The position numbers were made by a program, and so were the translations under genes. A DNA stretch of 12,640 nucleotides from Octopus sinensis (taxonomy: Eukaryota). The DNA lies in the NCBI RefSeq assembly GCF_006345805.1, contig NW_021826542.1, positions 1 through 12,640 on the forward strand, given 5' to 3'. Below are positions 1 to 9,454 of the stretch, piece by piece (position 1 is the first letter of the stretch; each line of letters starts with the position of its first letter). The notes beneath the pieces are model-generated. The model was not told the origin of the DNA and searched no databases. It saw only the letters and a list, made by a program, of their open reading frames with translations.

Positions 1-172
1 CGTGTGTGTTTATCTCTGAACGCATCAGGAATCATGGAAAGCCCAAGTAACTTATATAAAAGTGTTGTGTGCACTGGATGCGTAAGTATATCCGTGGTTG
101 TGTTTATAAATTTGGTTATCTGTCTATATGTGTGAGTGTGTGTTTTAAAGCACGTACAGTCTTCTTACTTTC

Positions 173-300
173 GTGTGTGTGTGTGTGTGTGTGTATGTGC
201 ATGTCCGTCCGTCAGTTTACTGTTTGGGCGTGTTTGTTTATTTGTGTATGTGTGTGTGTATGTGTGTATGTGTGTGTTTTTGTGTTTGTGTATGTGTGTG

Positions 301-348
<48 letters not shown>
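173..348. repeat. (TG)n / TG-rich compound microsatellite
   Basis: Long runs of gtgtgt with tatg/tttg interruptions; source of the VCVC-type ORFs. Confidence 0.95.
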
Positions 349-351
<3 letters not shown>

Positions 352-395
352 AATCATGCTCTCCCATGCGTTTATATCTATCTTTCATCTTATAC

Positions 396-597
396 CTTAT
401 TTCTCAGTCAACAGACAACGGCCATGCTGGGGCATTTTCTTGAAGAATTTTAGTCGAACTAATCAGCCTCGGTACTTAAATTTTTACAACCTGCTACTTA
501 TTCTATTGGTCTCTTTTGCCGAACAGCTAAGTTACGAGGCCATAAACACACCGAGACCGGTTGTCAAGCGGTTAGTGCGTGACAAACAGGCACAGCC
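396..597 (-). mobile_element. SINE family A, 3' half (diverged)
   Basis: Reverse complement aligns with 6380-6570 (ttgacaaccg...ggtgtgttta...taacttagc.gttcggcaaaagagacc.atagaataagta...ccagcatggccg). Confidence 0.85.
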
Positions 598-625
598 CAC
601 CAAAAACACCCGCCCCCATACACAC

Positions 626-711
626 GTATGTATGTATGTATGTATGTATGTATGTATGTATGTATGTATGTATGTATGTATGTATCTATCTATCTATCTA
701 TCTATCTATCT
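626..711. repeat. compound tetranucleotide microsatellite (GTAT)15(CTAT)6
   Basis: Perfect GTAT run 626-685 followed by a CTAT run. Confidence 0.95.
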
Positions 712-853
712 GCGTGTCTATGTGTCTGCCTGTCTGTCTATCTTTCTACAACGATCAATTCGTTCCCCTAAAACATCCCAAAGCACTGCCCCTGCTTGTG
801 TGCATTCCATGACTGTAACATGCATACATGTATACATTCACACTTACCTACTT

Positions 854-857
<4 letters not shown>

Positions 858-888
<31 letters not shown>
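858..888. repeat. (AC)n microsatellite
   Basis: Perfect AC run abutting repeat family C. Confidence 0.95.
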
Positions 889-894
<6 letters not shown>

Positions 895-1083
895 GGGATA
901 GTTTACGAAAAAAACAAAAGACGAAGACAGGTGGTGTACAAAACGAACAGATGTATTAGTATAACGCTCAGGAATAGAAAAAGTCTTTTACGTTTCGAGC
1001 CTACGCTCTTCTACAGAAAAGGGACACAGAAAAAACAAGGAGAGAAAAAAATGTGTGTAGTGGCTAACGATCTATCATGGCGA
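889..1083 (-). mobile_element. Interspersed repeat family C, copy 1 (Penelope-like 3' end relic)
   Basis: Co-linear with 5204-5401 (acaaaagacgaagacaggtggtgta...attagtataacgctc...acgtttcgagcct.cgctcttc.acag...gatctatcatggcga). Minus strand carries GAAGAGC-GYAG-GCTCGAAACGT. Strand and class are inferred. Confidence 0.7.
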
Positions 1084-1118
<35 letters not shown>

Positions 1119-1216
1119 TCATACATAAATAAACAACTATATTTATATTTATAAGTAAATTTATATATATGTGTGTGCGTGTGTGTGCGTGTGTATATAT
1201 GTATGTATGTAAATAA

Positions 1217-1384
1217 GGCGCAGGCGCGGTTGTATGGTAAGCCGCTTGCTTCTAAAGTACATGGTTCCGGGTCCAGTCCCACTGCATAGCATCTTGGGCA
1301 AGTGCCTTCTATTAGAGCCTCGGGCAGACCAAAGCCTTGTGGCGTGGATCTGGCAGACGGAAACAAGTAAAAGAATAAAAGAAT
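1217..1384 (+). mobile_element. SINE family A, short internally deleted form
   Basis: tRNA-like head (ggcgcagg...tggtaag...ggtccagtccc) and body match 6176-6323, then join directly to the terminal gaaacaagtaaaaga tail. Confidence 0.85.
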
Positions 1385-1661
1385 TACTATGATATATATT
1401 AAGGTATGTATACAGAGTTTCATAAAACGCTTGTTTTAAATTGCCATGCGGGAGCGCCGTAAAGAACAGGTGGAATATTGTAAAATAATTAATTTTGCTT
1501 CTCAGCAAACCGAGTTCAATTCATATTTGTTTTTCTCCAATTATAAAGCCATCAAATATAGGCCATGATTCCATGGAACATATATGTCTCGCCTGTAAAA
1601 CATTGAAAGCCTAATTCGAGAATGTATGTAATGTACAATATTAAAATATAAAATGATATTT

Positions 1662-1720
1662 CTGGTTCGTGCTGTTGCGTAGTATCTTCGGCACATGCTT
1701 CTGCTATCACCCAGTGTCCG
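1662..1720 (+). mobile_element. SINE family A, degraded 5' body fragment (left piece of the mariner-interrupted copy)
   Basis: tgcgtagtatcttcggcacatgcttctgctatcaccc aligns with tgcgtggcatcttgggcacgtgtcttctgctatagccc at ~6246-6281. Confidence 0.6.
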
Positions 1721-1741
1721 TTTTAAATATACACACACATA

Positions 1742-1769
1742 ACAGGTCATCCCATAAGTTCTGTCAGAT
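1742..1769 (+). repeat. mariner left TIR
   Basis: About 28 bp, inverse of 3002-3029 with about 4 mismatches. Confidence 0.9.
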
Positions 1770-1924
1770 TTTACCTTTTTTAAAATTGAATGAAATTTAA
1801 TTTTATTTTAGTATGTCTAATGGAATTAAAAATTATTTTTATGGGTTTGTGTACATTTAAACTAATTAAATATAATATTACAGAATAATAGAATTAAAAT
1901 TTCTTTGATTAAAACCTTTCTAAC

Positions 1925-2956
1925 ATGGTAGTATCCAAAGGGCATTTGAGGCACATAATGCTTTGTGAGAACAGAAAAGGAAACTCTGCAGCTGAAGCGA
2001 CTCGATACACACACTCAATTTATGGGAAAGAAATGCTTGAATGAAAGAACTTGCAGAAGATGGTTTGCAAAATTCAGAAGTGGAGATTTCAGCCTTGAAG
2101 ATGAAGATCGAACAGGACGTCCAGTTGAGTTTGATGATAAGCTCCTTAAGGCATTACTTGAAGAAAATCCTGCATTATCAGTTGAAGAATTGGCAATATA
2201 GCTTAGTTCATACCATACAACTTTTAATCGTCATCCTCAACAACTTGGAATGGTTCCTAAACTTGGAAAATGGGTGCATCATGAATTGTCCGAAAACAAC
2301 CACAAATCCCGAGTTGACATCTGCTCTTCTCTCCATTCTAGCGAACTCATTTCACCCTTTTTGGATAAACTTGTGACTGGTGACGAGAAATGGATCTTCT
2401 ATCGAAATGTTAAACGTCGGAAACAGTGGCTTGGTAAAAGGGAAAAAGCTCAACCTCAACCAAAAAAGGAACTTCATGGGAAAAAGATTCTTCTCTCTAC
2501 CTGGTGGGATTGCAAAGGAGTTATTCACTTTGAATTATTACCACCTAATGCAACAATCAATGCTCAAGTCTACTGACAGCAATTACAGCGTTTGAACCAA
2601 GCTTTAAAGAAAAGCATGACCCGCTTGAGTGAATCGTAAAGGAGTGATGTTTCACCAGGACAAAGCGCAACCCTACAGTGCAAAGATCACATCACAGAAG
2701 ATCGAAGAGCTTGGTTGGGAAAAAAATTTCTCATCCACCTTATTCTCCCGACCTTGCTCCTTCAGACTATCATTTGTTTCGTAGTTTACAGAATCATTTG
2801 GGGGTTATAAGTTTCGCAAGTCAGGAGGAGGTCGAAACTGACATTTCAAAGTTCTTCGCTTTGAAACCAAAAGAGTTTTACATTGATGGGTTTTAAAAAG
2901 CTTGAAGTAGATGGAAGGAAGTCATAGATAGTCAGGGAAAGTACATTGATGATTAA
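1925..2956 (+). pseudogene. mariner transposase pseudogene (~343 codons)
   Basis: ATG 1925 (MVVSKGHLRHIML...). Motifs: HTH region RWFAKFRSGDFSLEDEDRTGRP, WVHHEL (WVPHEL), TGDEKW, HQDKA, HPPYSPDLAPSDYHLF, with 34 residues between the 2nd and 3rd Asp. Ends YIDD-TAA 2956. Frameshifts near 2030, 2610-2630 and 2720-2727; stops at 2199 and 2574; stops or a compensating frameshift pair at 2894-2905. Confidence 0.95.
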
Positions 2957-3001
2957 ATTTCAATTAAATATAACATATGATCACTTGTTTTTTATTAAAA
3001 A

Positions 3002-3029
3002 TTCGGACAAAACTTATGGGATGAGCTGA
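3002..3029 (-). repeat. mariner right TIR
   Basis: Reverse complement tcagctcatcccataagttttgtccgaa matches the left TIR. Confidence 0.9.
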
Positions 3030-3069
3030 TACATATGTGCATATGTGTATGTTTTGTATATGTACTTTT

Positions 3070-3264
3070 TCGCTTGTATTTCTCCCCAAAACCGTATACA
3101 ATAGGTTTGATTTGTTTATATCCGTATAACGTAGCAGTTCGGCAAAAGACCAATAGAATATGTAGCACATTTGAAGATAATAGGTCGATTTGTTCGAGTA
3201 AAGGTCTGCAAGTCGGTGCTCTAGTATGGCTGTGGTCTAATGACCGAAGCATGTAAAAGATAAA
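3070..3264 (+). mobile_element. SINE family A, 3' half (right piece of the mariner-interrupted copy)
   Basis: gttcggcaaaagaccaatagaata...ggtcgatttgttcga...cggtgctctagtatggc...atgaccgaagcatgtaaaaga aligns with 6452-6580. Confidence 0.85.
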
Positions 3265-3443
3265 TTTCTCTGACACTGTAATATATAGGCATGCTCTCTT
3301 TCATTCTAACCCTCTCCCTCTTTCTCTGTGTATGTGCGTCTGTTGCGCGCGCGCGCGCGTGTGTACGTGTGTGTGTGTGGGCGTGTAAGTATATCTGTGA
3401 ATGGTTGTATACTCTACGTTTTGGCGATATCATTTGGAAAAAT

Positions 3444-3596
3444 GAAATTCTATAGCCATTACTGAGATCAACTTTGCCTCATATTCCACCGTGTTCAGAA
3501 AATATATATGAAAAGGAAAAAAAAATCGATGTAATCAACTAAGCCCCTACCCTTAAAATTGGCGTACGTGGGCCTAAACTGGGAAGCAGTATTATC
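3444..3596 (+). mobile_element. SINE family B, degraded 3' fragment
   Basis: tcaactttgcct..., tcgatgtaatcaact and ttaaaattg resemble the adjacent copy at 3680-3805. Confidence 0.5.
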
Positions 3597-3608
3597 ACAT
3601 ATCCTAAT

Positions 3609-3805
3609 GCAATGAGCTGGCAGAACTGTTAGCTCGCGAAATGCTTAGCGGCATTTCGTCCGTCTTTATGCGCTGAGTTCAAATTCTGCCGAAGTCAAAC
3701 TGGCCTTTCTTCCTTTCGTGGTCAATAAAACAAGTCCAAGTTAAGCACTGGGGCCGATGTAATCGACTTTCCAACTACCTGATATTGCTGGCCTTGTGTT
3801 AAAAT
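3609..3805 (+). mobile_element. SINE family B (tRNA-derived; central domain resembles the Meta-type SINE domain)
   Basis: A-box-like gagctggcagaa, B-box-like gagttcaaattc, central gcctttcttcctttcgtggtcaataaaa, then gcactggggccgatgtaatcgact. Domain naming is from memory. Confidence 0.7.
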
Positions 3806-3920
3806 TGGCCGGCCCGATGCTATACCAGAAGACACTTGCCCAAGATGCCACGCAGTGAGACTGAACCCGAAACCATGTCGTTGGGAAGCAAGCTTCTTAC
3901 CACACAGCTACGCCTGCGCC
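3805..3920 (-). mobile_element. SINE family A, tRNA-derived head
   Basis: Reverse complement ggcgcaggcgtagctgtgtggtaagaagcttgc...gggttcagtctcactgcgtggcatcttgggcaagtgtcttct matches 6176-6290. Confidence 0.9.
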
Positions 3921-3996
3921 TGCATACAGGTAGATATAAATGTGTATATTCGTGTGCCGGTATGTATATATGTGTGTGCGTGCGTGTGTGTGTGTG

Positions 3997-4150
3997 TTTT
4001 GTGCTTGTGTTTGGTCCCTCCACTCGCTTGAAAATTACTCTTGTATTGATTACGCCTATGAATAAACACTAGGGATTAATTTGAGCGACTAAAACCTGTC
4101 CAGTTTGTGTTCCAGCATGGCCGTAATCTAATGACCGAAATAGGTCAATA
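3997..4150 (+). mobile_element. SINE family A, diverged 3' half
   Basis: ttgtgtttggtccc...cgactaaa...tccagcatggccg...aatgaccgaaa aligns loosely with 6388-6568. Confidence 0.6.
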
Positions 4151-4248
4151 TTGGCAGATGGGACAAATACGAACGCACAATATAGAATGATTACATTTGG
4201 GTCATTTGATCACTGATCCCCTCGATGGGAACTGACGTAGGCTAAAAT

Positions 4249-4795
4249 CCACCACAACCACTACCGCAATTATCAACATCATCACCACCTCCAGCATCAC
4301 TACAATCACCACCACTACAATCGTCATCAGCACCACTGCCACCACAACCACCACCACCACCACAATCATCATCAGCGCTACCACAATCATCATCAGCGCC
4401 ACCGCAATCATCATCAGCAACACCACCTTCACAACCACCACCACCACCACCACCACCACAAGCAACACCACCACAACCACCACCACCACAACCACCTTCA
4501 CCACCACCAACATAACCACCACAACCACCAGCAGTACCATCACCACCACAATCATCATCAGTAGCAGCAGCCACCACCACAACCACCACCACCACCACAA
4601 TCATCATCAGCACCACCACCATCACATGGACCACCACTGCCACAAACATCATCATTACATCCACCACCATCACCACCACCATCACTAACACCACCAATCA
4701 CCATCACCATCAGCACAACCATCACAATCACTGCCGCCGCCGCCACCACCACTACCACTGCCACCACCATCAGAACTAACAACAGCAGCAACAAG
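4249..4795. repeat. (CAC/CAT/CAA)n trinucleotide low-complexity tract
   Basis: About 550 bp of degenerate CAC/CAT/CAA/CAG triplets; produces the poly-Val/Gly ORFs on the minus strand. Confidence 0.95.
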
Positions 4796-5075
4796 GGCAA
4801 TTACTTCAATATACGTAACTGGTCTCACACAGTGATACACATGGTCGTCTATGGAAAGATTTAGACCCTAACACTATTCAATGAGGGCTGCCTGGGGGTT
4901 TAATCAACCCCAAAACATATGTAATGGTATATATGTATGTGTAAGCATATATATATGTGTGTGTTCAACATGTTAGACGGACGCCCACCCGTAAGGGACA
5001 GTAGCAAGATTGGTCGAAACGACTGTTGTACATAATAGAGATTAATACCAAATTCATCTTGTTACTTAAGAAATT

Positions 5076-5076
<1 letters not shown>

Positions 5077-5118
<42 letters not shown>

Positions 5119-5196
5119 ACACACACACACAACACACACACACACACACACACCACAACAAACACACACACACACACACATACACATACACACACA
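5077..5196. repeat. (CA)n microsatellite, imperfect
   Basis: Long CA run abutting family C copy 2. Confidence 0.95.
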
Positions 5197-5203
5197 TATA
5201 TAG

Positions 5204-5401
5204 ATATAGGGGAAGAATTCACAAAAAAAAACAAAAGACGAAGACAGGTGGTGTAGATAACAGACATATATTAGTATAACGCTCGGGAAATGAAAAGGTC
5301 TTTAACGTTTCGAGCCTGCGCTCTTCCACAGAAGGGAACACAGAAAGAAACAAAGTGAGAAAATGAAGAATGTGTAGTGGTTAGCGATCTATCATGGCGA
5401 A
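5204..5401 (-). mobile_element. Interspersed repeat family C, copy 2
   Basis: Co-linear with 889-1083, with the same (CA)n-TA flank on the left. Confidence 0.7.
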
Positions 5402-5846
5402 TGCCAGATCGGTGTGTATTGGAATGTATATAATTCTGAGCGATTATGAATGAGTCCGTGTGGACGTATCCTTTGTGCCCCTCTATATATGATATGCTAT
5501 CCATAACAATTCAGACCTCTCATGCAATATTCGAATTTGTTAGATAATGTGATCTTGCCTCCGAGTAAGCAATGAGATTTGATTTCAGGGAGGGTTACCT
5601 GTTTTCCCTAGCAGGTCAGTTAGTATCGCTGAACCTAGGGAAACCTCTATTGCATTGTAAGACGGATGGTCGTAAAGTTATTTTGCTTTTTTTGTTTCCC
5701 TTAAATGTGTTACACAGGTGCATGTATAAGTATGATACAATTACGTCCAGAACGTTTATATCTATAAAGGGGGAAAGCATGTGCGTGTGTGTGTGTGCTT
5801 ATCCTTACTGTAGATGAAAGAGCTGTTCTAGTAAGACTTAGCACCA

Positions 5847-5926
<80 letters not shown>
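5847..5926. repeat. (ATCT)20 (GATA-type) microsatellite
   Basis: Perfect 80-bp run. Confidence 0.97.
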
Positions 5927-6175
5927 GTTCGTCTGACTGTCTGACTGTTTATAGACATATATGTTCACATACATATTAGTATGTAAATGACATGTATATG
6001 TATATATGGATGTATCTATACACACACACACACACACATATATATACACACACGCACATGAGCGATTATATTGATATCTGTATGTACCCCAATATATACA
6101 GATAGATATATATACACATACATTCATGCATACGTACACACACAGCAGATATATATATATATATATATATATATA

Positions 6176-6602
6176 GGCGAAGGAGTGGCTGTTTGGTAAG
6201 TAGCTTGCTAACCAACCACATGGTTCCGGGTTCAGTCCCACTGCGTGGCATCTTGGGCACGTGTCTTCTGCTATAGCCCCGGGCCGACCAATACTTTGTG
6301 AGTGGATTTGGTAGACGGAAACTGAAAGAAGCGTGTCGTATATATGTATATATATATATAAGTGAGTGTGAATATGTTTGTGTGTCTGTGTTTGTCCCCC
6401 TAGCATTTCTTGACAACCGATGCTGGTGTGTTTACGTCCCCGTAACTTAGCGGTTCGGCAAAAGAGACCGATAGAATAAGTACTGGGCTTAAAAAGAATA
6501 AGTCCCGGGCTCTATTTGCTCGACTAAAGGCGGTGCTCCAGCATGGCCGCAGTCAAATGACTGAAACAAGTAAAAAGAGTAAAAAAAGAAAGAGTAAAGA
6601 GT
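6176..6602 (+). mobile_element. SINE family A, full-length copy
   Basis: tRNA-like head with A-box-like tggctgtttgg and B-box-like ggttcagtccc, body, central TA/TG microsatellite linker, 3' domain, and a short tandem tail (aagagtaa)n; flanked by (TA)n on both sides. Confidence 0.92.
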
Positions 6603-6608
6603 ATATAT

Positions 6609-6657
<49 letters not shown>
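6603..6657. repeat. (TA)n microsatellite
   Basis: TA run between the two inverted SINEs. Confidence 0.95.
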
Positions 6658-6661
<4 letters not shown>

Positions 6662-6762
6662 CATACATATTCTTCGCGAATTTAACGAGACGTTGTGATT
6701 TTATCAGAAATGAAGATAAACACCATACCGCCATATGATCGGATTGAAAAATTGTCAAGATA

Positions 6763-7172
6763 TTCTCTTTACTCTTTACTCGCTCTTTTACTTGTTTCAG
6801 TCACTCCACTGCGGCCTTGCTGGAGCACCGCCTTTAGTCGAGCAAATCGACCCCAGGACTTATTCTTTGTTAGCCTAGTACTTATTCTAGCGGTACTTTT
6901 GCCGAACCGCTAAGTTACGGGGACGTAAACACACCAGCATCGGTTGTCAAGAGATGCTGGGGGGATAAACACAGACACACAAACATACGCACACATACAC
7001 ACACACACACACACATATACATATATACGGCGGGCTTCTTTCAATTTCCGTCTACCAAATCCACTCACAAGGCTTTGGTCGCCCCGAGGCTATAGTAGAA
7101 GACACTTGCTCAATGTGCCACGCAGTGGGACTGAACCCAGAACCATGTGGTTGGTAAGCAAGGTACTTACCA
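6763..7172 (-). mobile_element. SINE family A, near full-length copy (about 18 nt missing at 5' end)
   Basis: Reverse complement aligns along the whole of 6194-6600. Confidence 0.92.
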
Positions 7173-8155
7173 GTTACAAGAATCCAATGGTAGCCTTAAT
7201 ACACAAACAAACAAATTCTATCCGTGATATTGATCACTCATTGTCATTGTTCGACATTTACTTACATATGTACACACACACTCACGCACACACACACTCA
7301 CATACACTCACTCACACACACACATCTACCCATTCATATCTCGTTTTATGCATACATAAACACAGAGACACACACGCATGCAAACCACGTACAAGTGTTC
7401 TTCATTTCTACATTGTTTAATTTGAGTCGGATGATGCCTCGTCGGGCGTTGTTTTCGACGTCTCTTCATGGAGTTGCGAATGGTTTTCACTCGGACATAA
7501 CGACGACGTTGGCAGAGACACATCCTAGGTTGAAGCTCAGAAGTGTGTACTTGATTTTTCGTGGCTGAATTATAGATGCATGTGACTCATCATAACGCTC
7601 ACTCTATACCTTTTTTTTGCACATATAGGGCTGCATGTCTGTTCATATATATATCGCATTTTTGTTTGGGTTTATATATGTTTTCCCTATCGCATATATA
7701 TATAGTTAAAGTCACAGCTTTGAATCTGCTCAGGTTCGTCTCTCTTCGGTATTTCCCATTGAAGGAGGCTAAAGAGACAGAAACACGCATATGAGAATCC
7801 GCTGGGGGGAAGCACTGGACAGATATGATGTTTTTACACCTTTTAGTTTCAGAGATAATTTTTGCTCCACCGTAACAGCAGTGAATTCGTACTGAGAAGT
7901 TAAATTATGTCAAAAATATATTTTAACATAGTTAAAATTTGTTTATTCCTAATGACTGCTTTGGCGCAGATGCTTCAGTCTTTTTTTTATTCTGACCAAG
8001 TAGTTTACTACCACAACACAGTTCCTGATGTTGGCCATTTCTTGGTTAAAGCTACGGGTTTTGATCTGCCAAGGGTTATCTCTGTTTCCTGTTTCTCATA
8101 GTGGAAAGGTAATACAAATACCTATTACATACGGAAAAAATATTTACCCTCCCCC

Positions 8156-8186
<31 letters not shown>

Positions 8187-8229
8187 AATGTGTGTGGGTG
8201 TATGTCTGTATGTGTACATATATTTATAT

Positions 8230-8263
<34 letters not shown>

Positions 8264-8435
8264 ATATATATATATATAAAGAAGAAAGATTTTGTGTGTA
8301 TGATTGTATTATGTATGTTGTATGAGTGTATGTGGAGGAATTCACAGAATTGTGAGAATTATGGACGAACCATCTCGTGGTATTTAATAAAATTCATTAC
8401 GTACTCAGTTCAAACCCTGCCCTTCCAAGATTTAC

Positions 8436-8604
8436 CTTTTAGCTTACGAGGCTTGATGAAAAAACGTCCCAGTGTTGAAATGTCATGAATTTGAGGGGGT
8501 GATGCGATGTTTGCCCTCAGGCCCCAGCATGTCATGGCGGCATCTGTGCATCTGCCCGTCCCTAGGAATTCGACGTCAGCCATAGAGGCACCGCAACAGG
8601 CACA
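8436..8604 (-). CDS. candidate coding exon of an unknown gene (CACCGASMADVEFLGTGRCTDAAMTCWGLRANIASPPQIHDISTLGRFFIKPRKLK-)
   Basis: GC-richer unique island; the only one of six frames open across 8410-8610; good donor AAG|GTAAAT at 8436/8435; acceptor CAG at 8607-8605 has a poor pyrimidine tract. No protein family recognised. Confidence 0.25.
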
Positions 8605-8689
8605 CTGGTTTCAGTATAGTGCTTTTATATCAATATTACGTATCTGTATACCTTGTATTGTTGATACACCCACCAATGCGTTCTCCTGC

Positions 8690-8727
8690 CCGCGCACGCC
8701 CACACACACATACAAATACACACATGT

Positions 8728-8758
<31 letters not shown>

Positions 8759-9376
8759 TACACAATTCCATGCACGCCCACATGCACTCTGTCACACGTA
8801 AAAGTACAAATACACACAAGCAAAAGCACACACATACATACACGTGTCTTACACATAGATTCGCAAACAAACTCAGACGCACACATACACAGATACAACC
8901 ACACCAGACGCGCACACGGGTGCAGAAAGATGTATATACACGCACAAAGATATATCTTGCACTCACACACAGACACACAAAAACACATGCACTCACACAT
9001 ACACATATATGCATACACTCAGACACACACACACACATGCACAAACATGCATACATACAGACACACGCAAAGGCACAACCACACACACGCGCACATACAC
9101 TGACACTAACACTAACACTCACACACACGCACGCACGCATGCACCTGCTCTCGCTGCCCCTGTCTTGCACTCTCTCTCTCCCGTTGTCTCTCTCACCACC
9201 CACTCTTTCTTTCTCTTCAGCGTAAACTTCATTAAACGACATATCGAAAAGTCTATGCCTGCATACATACATATATATATACAACAACACACATACATAT
9301 CTACACACGTACACACACACTCACATACACACACAAATGCACACATATGCACACATGCATGCACATATACACACGC
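8690..9376. repeat. CA-rich low-complexity / degenerate microsatellite region (with a CT-rich patch ~9170-9215)
   Basis: Degenerate (CA)n, (CATA)n, (CACG)n; source of the HTHT/VCVC ORFs. Confidence 0.9.
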
Positions 9377-9394
9377 ATTTGAGTACGTACGGTT

Positions 9395-9454
9395 ATTTGA
9401 GTACGTACGTTTCAAGATTAGTCAAAATCGACCCTTCTCTCATCAGCTCAGAAT
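9395..9454 (-). ncRNA. type I hammerhead ribozyme (antisense copy)
   Basis: Exact reverse complement of 9917-9976; core tcatcag at 9440-9446; predicted cleavage 3' of the minus-strand A at 9402. Confidence 0.8.

Larger units (their letters stand above)
1742..3029 (+). mobile_element. mariner (Tc1/mariner, DD34D) DNA transposon, full length 1288 bp, inactive
   Basis: TIRs acaggtcatcccataagttctgtcag (1742-) and cggacaaaacttatgggatgagctga (-3029); TA on both sides (1740-1741, 3030-3031); internal transposase pseudogene; length typical of Mos1-like elements. Confidence 0.97.

Noticed and set aside
3344-3379. (GC)7 plus TG alternation with Z-DNA potential
   Set aside because: Real but unremarkable in a window saturated with alternating purine-pyrimidine repeats.
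4202-4800. Poly-Val / Gly-Asp-Cys ORFs on the minus strand
   Set aside because: Frame artefacts of the CAC/CAT triplet tract.
4965-5030. cccgtaaggg and gtcgaaacgac hairpins, Penelope-end-like CGAAACG
   Set aside because: No CTGANGA core and only one copy in the window; insufficient evidence.
6176-6250. tRNA gene calls for SINE heads (also 1217, 3920, 11187)
   Set aside because: They have A/B boxes but no complete cloverleaf, and they continue into repeated SINE bodies.
8554-8583. MADVEFLGTG resembling the RNase Z/ELAC N-terminus (DVTFLGTG)
   Set aside because: Downstream residues lack the DCGEG and HxHxDH motifs; probably chance.
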